The notes under the pieces were generated by a model that did not search any database, was not told the origin of the DNA, and saw nothing but the letters and a program-made list of their open reading frames with translations. A stretch of DNA of 58,221 nt, counting the filler, from Sphacelaria rigidula (lineage: Eukaryota): assembly GCA_964200075.2 (NCBI GenBank). It is 7 parts of 7 records of this genome, joined end to end, with 100 filler letters (N's around TTAATTAATTAA, not from the genome) between each part and the next. Parts side by side here need not be neighbours in the genome. Positions count along the whole stretch, not along the records: positions 1 to 8,232 come from CAXNAA020011834.1; positions 8,333 to 16,564 come from CAXNAA020011835.1; 5 more parts are not named here. The stretch is one strand, 5' to 3'. Shown here piece by piece: positions 1-11,829 of the stretch (position 1 is the first letter of the stretch; each line of letters starts with the position of its first letter). The position numbers were made by a program, and so were the translations under genes.

Positions 1-1131
1 CCTCGTGCCCGCCACCGATCGCGGACTCTGTAGTATTCTGCGTACTCGGACGGTTACTACCGTCCTACCAACTGTCACGTGAACTTTTTGTGTGCGGTAT
101 GGCACAAACGGTCTGCTGCACACATTGCTCCGCTTGCGACACAACTACTGTTGTACCAAGCGGCGATCGGCTGAAGTAAGGGTTGATACGCCCATCATTT
201 CGACCCCTACTATACCAGTAGCTACTGTGCGTATGCATGTGCGTGTTGCCATCCCATCCATGCTGTACCTTGATGGGATTTGTACAGACTCGCCGAAGGT
301 GGCACAAGTACAAAATGCAAACGATGACCACTACCGGCGTGGCACGCAGGCTAGATGATGGCCTCGGGTGTACAAATCCTCAGGTACAATAAGGTGGGGT
401 TTTGAAAACTGATTTCTTGGAGAAAGTCTCTGAGAAAAGTCGTCCAAAATGACTTTTCTCAAAGACTTTTTTCAATCTATAAGAAGCGGCCTACCGTTTG
501 GTGTAGATTGGCGTTCGTAATAGATGGGATGACAACAAACATCACAAACGAATTGAAAAAAATCGGAAATTTTGACCCGCGGTCAGGCAATCATTTTTCG
601 TCTCCCCTTGTTTCCACTCTTTCAGCTGTACAGTCAGTATCTGCCTCTGGGGAATCGACACACGAAACCGCTCGCGGGGTTAATCCTTTGACAGCGAGTG
701 TCGCCTCACAACAGTTTTACAGGCGGACAGTCCTGAGACATCCGCGGGTTTCCAGTCTCGAGGGGGGGGGGGGTCTGTGCGCAGAGCATCGGAGAAGCTC
801 ACGGAGTCAACCATGTGTGTTCGGAAGTTTCCCGCGGAAATTTATGGGCCGTTCACGAGGCCCGAGAGGCGCGAGATGCCCATTTTGACCAATCATGGTC
901 GTCAAAATGAGCACTTTCGTTCCGGTTCGGGTGGACTAAATTGGGCTAATTCGCTTCCTACTCCACGACTCATTTTGGTCATGCGGGATCAACCTTAGAT
1001 TACATGTGTACAAATAACTTGTTTTGTATTCTACTCATGGTCTACGCCGTCTGCCTGACCCCTCATGTGCTGCCAGCACTGTAGTGTTGTTGAGCACTAG
1101 GCAGAGGCACCAGCAGCATGAAGTAACTTAA

Positions 1132-1229
1132 CTCTTAGACCGCGAGATTAGTATTTCAGGATCATGCATACTCTTCTTCACTTAAAATTGATGCCGATTC
1201 AACAGAAGACTAACCTCGCGGTCTAAGGG
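1132..1229. mobile_element. ~98-bp piggyBac-type MITE
   Basis: TIRs CTCTTAGACCGCGAG...CTCGCGGTCTAAGGG, flanked by TTAA (1128-1131) and TTAC; shares internal CATGCATAC and TTGATGCCGATT with copies at 8142 and 32602-32803. Confidence 0.75.
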
Positions 1230-4200
1230 TTACTTGTGTTCAGTGGAGAGCGATGGCGCACACTTATACTGTCTCTTGCCGTTGTATCCAGTGAAGACAT
1301 ACAGCACACATACGTACCGACTCAGCACCCAATTGACTGCAGGGTCAAGACTGGTCAGGGGTTTTCCAGGACTATTTTCTACATAAATGACAAATATCCA
1401 CATGTTCATACAAAATGTATTTTGTGTGGCAAGAAAAGAGCAGTTTTGAACCCCAAATGGGGCATAGTCCAAAGCAGTCCACCTATGGGGGGGTCGTTGT
1501 TCAAGGCTCAAGTGTTGGTTGAGGTTTCCTCGTCCTTCAACGAAAAAAAACAAAAGTATATGGTGCAACAGAGATTGTACAATCTCACCGAACGATCGGG
1601 AAACAGTCCGTGAAGAAAAAACGAGCTCATGTCACCAACAGCCAAGTACACGGAATAGCCAGTGGTATATCCCTGAGTTGAACAAATTAGGGTGTATTTT
1701 TTGTACCGCCCAGTGAATCAAAATCAACAAAATAATCTCATCTGCTCCGCCCAGCAGGGGTTGTACTGAAAGTGTCGTGCATACCTGCTCCGACCGACCA
1801 CCTAGGGGCACTCAGGGCATCGGGGCTTGTCTGAACACTAGCCCTCTACCTGTGACGGCGGGACTACTTGGGCGGCTGCTCTGGAGTGTGTACTGTTCAT
1901 CCCTTTGAGGAACATGGTACTGTACACGAATGACCTTCCATACTCTGATGTCTATTTCATGCCGTTGCATGCTGCCTGGCCCCGGTAGTTCAACTGGCCC
2001 AGGTAAAGGCCAGTTTGAGCGGAAAACTGCGGGTCCGTACCCCGTGAGTTTACGGGGTATTTTTTTCCGACCAGCATCAGATTTCCGCTGTTGAATGATT
2101 CGAGGGGTTCGAAGGGCAAAGAAGATGCAATCCTGATTTGGCGAGATTCAACGCGTCGCGGGAGTGCTGATCCGATCCGCCGTACCACAGACAGTGTAGG
2201 CCGTGTACTGGGGAAAGAGCAGTTGACCCTTCGAGACTTCGTACTTCTTCCGAGGAAGGGGGTGGGTTAAACGTATGACGAAAAAAAACAAGTGATGTTC
2301 AGTACAACAGTAGCACAGTACCGTACGACGGAAGTACATGAACAAGATAGTTTTGTGCAAAGTACGTAACCATCGTACAGTGCAGTAGTACAGTGAGTGT
2401 ATGCAGTACAGTACCAGAGACGAGATGAGAGAGCATGGTGACAGGTGTCGACGACTACAAGTATCGCATGAGTATTCTTTGAACGCCTTGGGATCGGGCG
2501 TGCTAATGGATAGCATCACATTTGGGTGTTGTGCTACAAAAGAAGTCGAAGCACGTCATTTGCGAAACCCTGGAAACGTTCCAAAACGCCAAAAAGGTGA
2601 CAACGACGTACCGGGACAGAGAGGTGCCAAAAATGTCGTCACCCTACCTTCGCAGCGGTGCGTAGCATGACTGAAAACCGGCATCAAAAGCGGTGGAGGG
2701 CGTACACAAGAGGTGCTACAATGCATACGAACGGGGTACAGACACAGGCAGTGACCGGTCCAATGCACTGGGTACATGGTGCAGAAAGTACCATCAGGGG
2801 CATGTTTACGATCCCGACTGTAATGACAGTGTGTATACAGTAGCACAAACGGCGTTGCGCGCAGATCTTTCGACAAGATCGTCTCAAATGAGTTATTCAC
2901 ACAGCACGTGTCCCCCCGTCGGGAAAATGTAACACACATAACATGGGGGTATCCTTCAGGTGAGTTCCGGGCAACACGGTTTTAGAAAATGACCGGCGGG
3001 TCGGTCGCCTTGGCTATCGTAGAGAAGAAAGCGCACCGTACACAACCATGATGGTCAAGCCAATCAACGGAACAGCAGATTAAGGAACCCATGCAGGGGG
3101 GCACACATGCACGCACACGCACAGCCACATACCAAGCAGCCCGAAGAGTGTACGCTTTACACAAAGCGAGCGGAATGATTTTGACAGGGCAAAGCCCCCC
3201 TATAAAAGTGCAGTATATACACCAGCACTTTGATCCCGTAACGCAAGATATGACAGGGCGAAGATCACATGAGAGACACAACAGCAAGGTAAAATACAGT
3301 ATAGTATAGTACAGTACAGTACTTATGAGACAAGACACAGAGCCAGTTGGAACACACACATGGAAGAACACATGACCAGCACATAACATCTCGGGCTGTG
3401 TTCTATGCATACTACTGTATAGTTTGAAGTGTAGGTGAGCTCAAGTTGTGTGCGATGAACTGACGTCTGTTCACGGGGAGTGTGATCTGCACGACGACCC
3501 ACACACTATAGGCCGTTGGGTGCAGCCTTCAGGAACTAATACTGTTCCAACATCCCTCAACTGAAGATGCTGTTCACAATGTGTGGGGTGCTATGTGGTC
3601 ATCCAGCGACACTAGGCAACCCGTATCCTCGGGGAAGGGCACACTTGTTGAGCAGCGATGCGCGGAAACAAATCAAACACACCAAACCTTGTCCACATAC
3701 ATATCGAGTGTTCTGTTTCGGCGTTAGCTTCCTCACCTTCACAGATGGACTATGACAGTGAATCAGCAGTGCTCAACAGTGCCTCTTGCTGCTGCTAGAG
3801 AGGGCCCCTTCTTATCTCTCTTTCTTCTCTTTGGCTTTATTTGGCTCCCGCTCTGTGTTGGGATGATGAAGCAACAGATTTTGAGTGGGGCAGTTGATAG
3901 CACCTCCCGCAAATGAGAAATGACATATTATAAATGAAAGTAAGGGTTTACGATTGTTGTAACGGTTCGACGGGCAAAGATCCGCCGCAAAAATAGAGGG
4001 CGATGATGATGCCATGGTAAACACTGCAAAGTGGAGACTCAATGGTAATCGCGTTCCGCTAAATCCATCGGGTTCAGTTCCTCAGCAATCTCAAAGTATC
4101 TTACGTCAATGTATACTCACTACTCATGGGCAAATAAAGAGAACACCGTAAGAAATTGACAGTCGGAACTTCGTGCTGCTGTGCCCTACGCAGCCTGTAC

Positions 4201-5402
4201 TGTATCCAGGGCAAATGTATTGAAATGCGTGTTCGTGTATCTTCTGTTGTTTCAACCATCGAAGATCCACTTACCCGTTTGACAAACCGCATTTGTTTGC
4301 GTGGCGAAGATTTTTGACAAAAACGGGAGGACGCCAGAAGCGCGTCATGTAATATTTGGTGAATTTTGCGTCATTCCCCAACCAATTTCGGCGCATGATC
4401 CTTAGCCATGTAGCCCTATGAGCCCACCCAGCGGATCCTACCGTGTTGTGAACGCACAAGCGTAGAACCTGAGAGATCAGGAATCGGCGGTGTACTTTGC
4501 CACCCCACTGTAATAGGTGAGAAAGCACGTCGTCGGTGCTCGCGAGTCAGTTTCAAATTACCCTACTTACTAGGCGATCATTTCCCAGCCCAAACCCCCA
4601 TGCACGATGCTGCTGCTGTGTTCTGTACTCTACTACTGACTGCGCTTTGTCGTAATGTGACCCGAACGATGTTCTCACGCGATGGAGTTGCTCACTCGTA
4701 TTGTTACACTGAACAACTCATGCCGCCAATGTAATGGAGCCAGATCTATGCCACACTCCTCTTCCGCTAGCCTGTCGGCCTCTGCCAACATGCCAATGTT
4801 CTGGCCAACCGACGGCGCACAGGGTATGGGAAACCGCTCATTGATTGAGTGTGTGTACCGGTGTTCTATTTACAGCGCGCGTCGACGTGGAGCTCAGAGT
4901 ACCACCATATAAATCAAGAACAAAAAAGCTGAGAGAAGCAGGGCGCAGGAGAACTCGAGTCCACCATCCCGAGTGGAAGTAGTCACGGTTATTGTACTGG
5001 TAATCTCCCCCGTCAGTCAAGATGACGTTCCTGCTCGGCGCGTAGCGTTGCGTAAAGAGCTTTCCCGGCGGTAAGTTCACAGCCGCGTACTCGGCAACGA
5101 TAACACATGGCGTGCGATAACAGTGGGGTGCACAACAGGGCACAAACACGTCCACCCACATGTATTTGCTATATAAGCCCCCCATCATGGTATATCTCGG
5201 TACGGTAGTCAACAAGTTGCTTGAACATGCCCAACCGATAAGGGTCGTTACTGTAGACGACCTATATGTACCAACAGTGGAGTTTTGAGTCAACTCCGTT
5301 TGACCGTCTATTCCGCCGCACATTTGCGCCATCCGTTGAACCGGTACCGTGTCCGCCTGAGTAGTCATTGCCAGGCTGGAAAGCATCTACGGGCGCTCAA
5401 GT

Positions 5403-5486
5403 GTTAACATCTGATACAGTCGGAGTGAACCCATTTCAGATCACCTACGCCAAGCCCGTCCACACGGAGCTGTATCAGATGTTAAC
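5403..5486. mobile_element. Small MITE-like element with 17-bp perfect inverted termini
   Basis: GTTAACATCTGATACAG (5403-5419) and its reverse complement CTGTATCAGATGTTAAC (5470-5486). Confidence 0.55.
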
Positions 5487-6320
5487 CCTTTGTTGGTGAT
5501 CATTGTCAACCCTTCGACGGCCACGGTGGATCGTCTGGGCCTCACAGTCATTTTCGTAGGGGAACCGATGTCTATCTTTTGGCGGATTGCCTACTTAGGC
5601 AATCCAAGGGCTTAAGTATCTGCATCCAAGCACAATGCTCCCACCACGCCCTGGTGCTGAAACCGGCACCTACTCTGATCGTTTTATATTGGTCGTCGCG
5701 CATGAACTGGTGCCCGAGAGATCCAGTCGTGACAGACAAACCAACCCAAGGTGAACACGAGGGGAAAAGTGGCTGAAGGAATCTCTACAAAGAACGGAGA
5801 AGACACCGTGGACGGCTTTTGTGGGTACGAATCTCGATGTGGTAGTATAAGTTACAGTTGCAACAAAGAAACCAGTATATACTGCATCTGAGAAATGGAA
5901 CACCAACACTATTTTTTCAGTCCACGCCCGGAAGGCCCAGATATGCCGATTTATCCGCTAGTACAAGCAAGATGCTGCCCTTACACATATACAGTGGTAT
6001 TTCCACTTGAAGAAGTGCTCTTCAGGGAGGGTCCCAACCTCACGATGGTGCAAATCGGTTTGCATCGCTATTCCTCTGGGAGGTGCATAATAGGGCTAAA
6101 ACCACTTCAAGTCTGGATCCCACTTGAAGGCGGCCAATACAATACCTACTGCCTTCTTGATTTGTTGTTTCGTGGTGTCTACAGGATGGATTTTGCAGTC
6201 GGAACCACGTCTTGTTTTTTGTGAGAGTTACTTTTGTCAGAGTATATTCCATGAAGTGGACACTTTCGAACATTTGCCTTTGGTACCACAGCGTTTTCAG
6301 TTTCGCGTTTCTCAGCGATC

Positions 6321-6590
6321 GCCCCGGTGGCTCAGTTGGTAACTTCGAAACCTGTTGACGGTTGGGACATGGATTCGGAACTCGGTGAAGTCACACGATT
6401 GTGTTTTTTTTCTCGCATCATGCCCAACAGACAGTGGAGAGCGACTTTGCCGTGATACACAAAATTCGACCCCACGATCGACAAGGAAAGGGAACCGCTG
6501 AACCTTTCTCGCGATAACAGTAAAAAGGCAAGCATATCAAACGGAGGGTAGAGTGCTGAAGCATACACACACAACAACAAAAAGAAAAAA
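6321..6590 (+). mobile_element. tRNA-derived SINE-like element
   Basis: Head GCCCCGGTGGCTCAGTTGGTAAC with Pol III A-box TGGCTCAGTTGG, degenerate B-box near 6372 and an A/CA-rich tail; homologous head at 24830-24896 on another contig. The 3' end is approximate. Confidence 0.6.
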
Positions 6591-6700
6591 CTCCTGTATT
6601 GACCTTCGTCCTGTGTGACCCCGGCTGATGCACCCAAAGATGCCGAAAGGTGTAGACTGACGTCCAGCATAGATGAGATGACAACACACACGCACGCACA
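6591..6700 (-). repeat. Dispersed ~110-bp repeat (probable non-LTR retroelement fragment); second copy at about 53630-53740 on +
   Basis: Reverse complement CATCTATGCTGGACGTCAGTCTACACCTTTCGG...GGGGTCACACAGGACGAAGGTCAA aligns with CATCTATTCTGGACGCCGGTCTACACCTTTCGG...GGGGTCACACAAGAGGAAGGTCAA. Confidence 0.75.
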
Positions 6701-7468
6701 CACACGTCTTGTGTGAAGAAAATGAATAATTTTCGAAAGTGTCAACTTCATGAGGTATACGCGGACAAAAATTATGCTCACCAGAAAACGCGTCTCCGAA
6801 ACTCCAGTTTCCATGTACATCATAGAACGTGGCGTGTTCTTTCTTACGGTTGCCCTACTTCCATCAGCTTCTTCTCTTCCCCGGCATGGTTCTCTCCTTC
6901 GATACTCAGCCACAATCTGACAGTACACCAACACGACTGCTGTATTGAGTTTCCGGCTACAGAGTACGCATGTGTGGCCCATCTGTCCACCTCCGTTGGT
7001 GCTGTTTCTTTCGTGCATCCGATCCTCTATCGCCGCCGTTTAGGATGAACGTACGCGTATATTACAGTATTCGACCTGTAGTAGTTGTAGTACGAAGATC
7101 TATTGTACACTACAGCTCCCCACCCTTATGCCTCATCGGATAGGGAGGTAAATTGGCACGAAAGCAGGATCGGAGTCACCGCCTCGTACGGGACGAGGTT
7201 GACGAAGTCACAGTGCAGTCTCGCTTGTGTGGTGCAGCTCATAATTGTTCTCATGAGCTCGATGTGTCAAGGTTTGAGGCAACGTTCATCCATCCCATAT
7301 ATCCGGCAAGGCAGTACCCCCCCCCCCCTTCTCCCCGCGCCTCCATAACTTGATGACGTTCGCTCAGGGTGTTGGTGGCGGAGCGTTCCACAATAGCAGC
7401 GGTGCGCCCGGTTCTTCAGCGTCCTGATTGCTGTAGGTCATATAACGAACACGGACAACACTCAAGCA

Positions 7469-7591
7469 ATGGGGCTCTTCAAGAGAATCGCGTCGGCCAT
7501 TGGCATCTCAAAGGGACAGATGCGTATCCTAGTGGTGGGGCTGGACAACAGCGGCAAGTCTACGCTAATTGACCATATCAAGCCTAACAAG
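7469..7591 (+). CDS. ARL6: ADP-ribosylation factor-like GTPase 6 (BBS3), first coding exon only
   Basis: MGLFKRIASAIGISKGQMRILVVGLDNSGKSTLIDHIKPNK: Arf-family MG N-terminal helix and P-loop GLDNSGKS followed by KP as in ARL6; phase-0 GT donor at 7592. No further exons found on the contig. Confidence 0.85.
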
Positions 7592-8141
7592 GTGCACAGT
7601 TTGGGCGCCATCAGTGGTGTTCGTGTGTGCGTATGCGGACTTTGGAGAGGAAGTCATAGAACCAAAGCATTACAGATCACTCGGTCAGCATCTGGCGCGT
7701 TCGTAACATGCCAGTTGAACTTGAAGCTTTCTGCTACTTTTTTTCGGTGTATCACCGCACAGGGTGTATGACTCACTTACTGTTCGTTGTTGATAATTGT
7801 GTGCATCCCATTGTACCAAAGTTCTCTGCCAAGAATATACGGGATGATTTTGGAGGACATACACGCACACACAGGTGGACACTAGGCACACGCAGCATCC
7901 CACGTTTGTCACGATTCCCGAGCTCCCAGATTGGGAACGGCTACCAACTTCCCGGCTTGTAAGCACGTTGAAAACGCGCAGTTACACCCTGATCGCATAT
8001 TTTTCACACGCTGTCAGCTTGCCGACAAGCTGGGACTTTGGGGGACATGTGACGAAGAACCGCGGCCCGACGTGTATCGGCGTCTTGTTCTGCAGTGTTT
8101 CTTTTGCTTCGTGTGAAACTGAGGGTCGGTGTCAGCGTTAA

Positions 8142-8232
8142 CCCTTAGACCGCGAGATAAGTCTTTCTGGACCATGCATACTTTTTTTCACTTGAAATTG
8201 ATGCCGATTGAACAGAAGATTAACCTCGCGAT
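8142..8232. mobile_element. piggyBac-type MITE copy, truncated by contig end
   Basis: TTAA-CCCTTAGACCGCGAG...TTGATGCCGATT...CCTCGCG, colinear with 1132-1229. Confidence 0.75.
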
Positions 8233-8332
8233 NNNNNNNNNNNNNNNNNNNNNNNNNNNNNNNNNNNNNNNNNNNNTTAATTAATTAANNNNNNNNNNNN
8301 NNNNNNNNNNNNNNNNNNNNNNNNNNNNNNNN
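8233..8332. other. Artificial 100-nt contig spacer (N-run, TTAATTAATTAA, N-run); same spacer at 16565-16664, 24897-24996, 33229-33328, 41560-41659 and 49891-49990
   Basis: Six identical spacers with a stop-in-all-frames core; the segments they separate are 8232, 8232, 8232, 8232, 8231, 8231 and 8231 bp (size-sorted). Confidence 0.97.
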
Positions 8333-9340
8333 CCCCGTATTGCCCGATGAAATCATCCGGGTGGCCTGCTCTTCCTACCCTTGCATTATAATCTCCCACT
8401 AACATCACTTATCCTTGCCTTTCATACTCGCGTACATCAGTTGCTATCTCTCCAAACCTCCGCTGTATCTCGTTCACCCTACTCTTCGATTCTGGGGGCA
8501 TGTAGATTTTCCCTACGGAGAAGTCCTTCGTTCCTCGCTCTCCTGGTACCCTTACCCATATGCTCTCGTCGAACTTAGTGTCGTCGATCTCTTTTATACT
8601 GTCACACAGGTATTCCTTGACTGACAATCCTACTCCGCCCGCTCCCCTGCCGTTGGACTTGTGTCCACTTCGCTTTTCCCTTATCCATGGGTATTCTCCA
8701 ACTTTGCATCCTGTTTCCGTCCCCTCTTTCTCCCATGACCCTTCGATTCCAACTATGTCTAGGTCGCGTTCACTTACACATTGCGCTATCTCTATTCTCT
8801 CGTGCTTGTCTGTGGCAAACCCACACACGTTCCACGATCCTCTTCTGGACTTTCTTTCCGAATCATTGTCTGCCTTCCTGTTGCCTACTGTGCTCTCCCC
8901 GTCGCTTTTACTTCTACTTTCCCTTGCTTACTTGTTCTTCCAGAGTCTGGAATGGTTTTTATCTTTTTGCTTCGACCCGCCATGTCTCCTCCCGTTCCCG
9001 TCCGGGGCACTTACCTGTTCCTGCCTCTCTCCCCCTCTGTTCACCCGCGGGCTACGCCCTAGGTTTGTTGCTCAATCAGCTTTGCATACTCTCCGTTGTA
9101 CTCTTGTAACCCATGCCGACACCTTACTTGTCTCTATCCTTGCCCACCCCTTGCTCGCGCTCTGTTTTAGCGTGACTCGGAAGTGCTCTTTCTCCCTCAC
9201 TATATTTTCTCTCGCCAAACAGTATAGTCCAACTCCGTTGCTTTCCCTTCTAGACTCTATTCTCGTCATATCGCTACGACCTCCGAATACCAGCACTGCT
9301 AGTACTCTACCTGTCCCCTCTTAGCTTCTCCACCCGCCCC
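8333..9340 (-). mobile_element. Degenerate LINE (non-LTR retrotransposon) 5' part with APE endonuclease
   Basis: Minus-strand translation GSWNVCG...DLDIVGIEGSW...GAGGVGL...IYMPPES...(stop)...LVGDYNARVG matches the APE motifs WNV-G, E-W, GGV, Y-P and GDFNA; in-frame stop; RT would lie beyond the contig edge. Confidence 0.85.
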
Positions 9341-11829
9341 TCTCTACCGTCTCGCTCTCGATCTCTTTCGAGAGAATCTCCAGCTACTTCGTTTTGAGTG
9401 TATCGGTGGGATGTAGTCAACGTACTGCAACATGCCAATCCTAGTACTTGTTGGGGGTCTGGTGCCTTTTAGTGGGGAGGGAATATTAGATGACGATGGG
9501 CGATTAGATCTTGACTGATTCAGGAGGAGCACAGGTAGAGCCCGTATCTGTTTTTTGCCACTATCTCATTCCGGTTCAACGAGGGGTGGGTCGACCCACT
9601 TCCGTCTATTGCCTTTTTTTGTTACCATAAGAAGTGTTGGAGTCAGCCGCTGTCCAGCCCCCGTGGTGTCTTCTTTTCTATCCTTAGTGGCCGAATATAA
9701 CACACAGGAGAGACGAGGAAATAACAAGATATTTACCTGTCCAGAACAACTTGCCCGAGTATCTGATGCAGGAAGATCTTGTTCTGCTCTGTCGTATATC
9801 TGGATAAAGCATGCAGCATGGAAGTATGCTCCATGTGTTCGCTTGCTCGGTGAAACAAACGGAGCGCACGCTTCACCAGTGAGAGTGACCAACGCACTGC
9901 CGCGCGTCCAAGTATCAATGCTGCAGTGCGTCAAGTAGTTGTTTCATGCTCTTCGGCCTTGCGCTTGCTGCACAGATAGCGTGCGTCGCTCTGTGACTGC
10001 CGTACTGCGTAGTAATATGTTGTATACTCAACACTATACAGCCAGTTTGTGCATTTCCGTTGTATTTCAAGTGATGGCCAGCCCAGCATACACGCGCGGA
10101 CGTCACATAGTACCCCGTCAAGCACAATGTATGTGGCGACGATGTGCAGGATCACCAATGCATCTCATGAACACCACCGATAGCCACGACATGGCACAGC
10201 TTAGCAGCAGATTCATATCATCCCGACGATGAACATTGTGTGCCTTTGGGAACGCAAGCTCTTGTAAAATGTGTCTCATATACTCAGGAATCATGTGTAG
10301 TACAGACGCGCTCGAAACACATGGAGTTGCGACGACCAAATACTTCCTGTCCACGCCACAGCGCAGCTGATGAAGCATTTTCGGACATTACACCGCCGAC
10401 GCACTCACCATCTTCCGCTAGCGGAACTCGGAGTTGCTTCGTCCATCCCGGGTACTCTTGTGGCTGCAATACGTTTGCCGACGATATTCAAGACACTGCC
10501 ACTAATTTGTGCAACCATAAACCCAAGAGGAAGGTAAAAACAAGAAGCTGGCGCGAACCACGCACCCGCAGATGCCTTGGCACGCCCACACGCACCTGCT
10601 GAACCTTTGCCTGCTGGTATCGACAGAGAACCGTGTTTCTGCGGTGCGTGTCGGCGTTGTCGTAGCATATGGTGCCATGTAGACCGAGTGTGCATCGAAA
10701 CGGTGATGATAGATCTTGTCACTGCAATACTCTTGGTTCCAACTCACTGTGCAGTTTCTGTTCCAGTTTTGGTCTCCACCACAGCGGCAAGTCTTTCAAC
10801 TCTCTGAGAGACCCCACCAAGGAGGGGACGCAATCGTTACACGAGTCGGACACTACGAAACCCTTCACAGAGGCTGCAGAGTGATACTGACCGCACAAAG
10901 TCACCTGGGTAAATTTTCGCTCAGCGATTGAGGTCTTGCCACGGCTGATTTGATCGAAAACCTTTCAGCACATCCTTGCTGATGTGAGTTGGATGTCGAT
11001 TTCTATTCAAACCTCGTTTCTTATCGTCATTTGTTCTTCCGGAGTTCGCAACACAGATCAGCAGCTGCTACTCTGTCGCGGCTTGGGGAGCTGTAGCGGC
11101 TTGCAGAGCCCCCGCATTATGCGGTACTTTACACACACATGCGCTTTCTAGTCGTCCCGTCCAGTGTTCAACATCGCCGAGACCCTTCTCCTATGCCATG
11201 TATTATCCGTGCATGTTTGCAGACAGTGTTCAACACAAGAGCTGCCCATCCCTCACCACACGCGCCGATTCTATGCTTACCCACATGCATTGCGTATGTG
11301 ATGCTGGAAGACGATCCCTGAGTCTTTCGGTGATGTTGTCTGGCTCTTCACCTTGCACAACGATTTCTAGCTGACTCGTTCTGTCTGACGATCCAACCCT
11401 GGTCTTCTGTGTTGTTGAATACATGAATGTCAGATAACTTTGATACGGCTGAGCATGCTTTAGCATTGGCGTTGTGCTTCACATGTTTTGTGTAATGACC
11501 GTTGCTCCTATTGTTCTATACTATAACTCAATCCCCTCCCGATCCTTTCCGCAATTGTGTAGAGAACGTCCCATTCCTTGGAATCGTTTTGCGAGTATCT
11601 TCGTAATTTCCGTCGTCAGCTTTTCATGGAGCGTCGTTTGCGTTTGACGGCGGGCAGCTACATTTTCCCCGGGGTATGTGCCGGAGAAGTAACGCCACTT
11701 GTTCTGCGAGGCGTTTCAACTCACTTTCACCCGTGGCTCACGAGATATTTTCTGACCTCTTGATATTTGTGCTTTCGTGAGCAGTTGGTTCTCCACGGAG
11801 CGCGACACGAAGGACCCCGTGATTGACGT

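Noticed and set aside
6095-6180. J-domain-like DTTKQQIKKA...KWDPD on the minus strand
   Set aside because: HPD is absent, the spacing is off, and the segment is flanked by stops.
6321-6395. Functional tRNA gene
   Set aside because: No convincing anticodon or acceptor stem, degenerate B-box, and a divergent second copy; better explained as a SINE head.
8560-9324. 254-aa plus-strand ORF
   Set aside because: Antisense of the purine-rich LINE coding strand.
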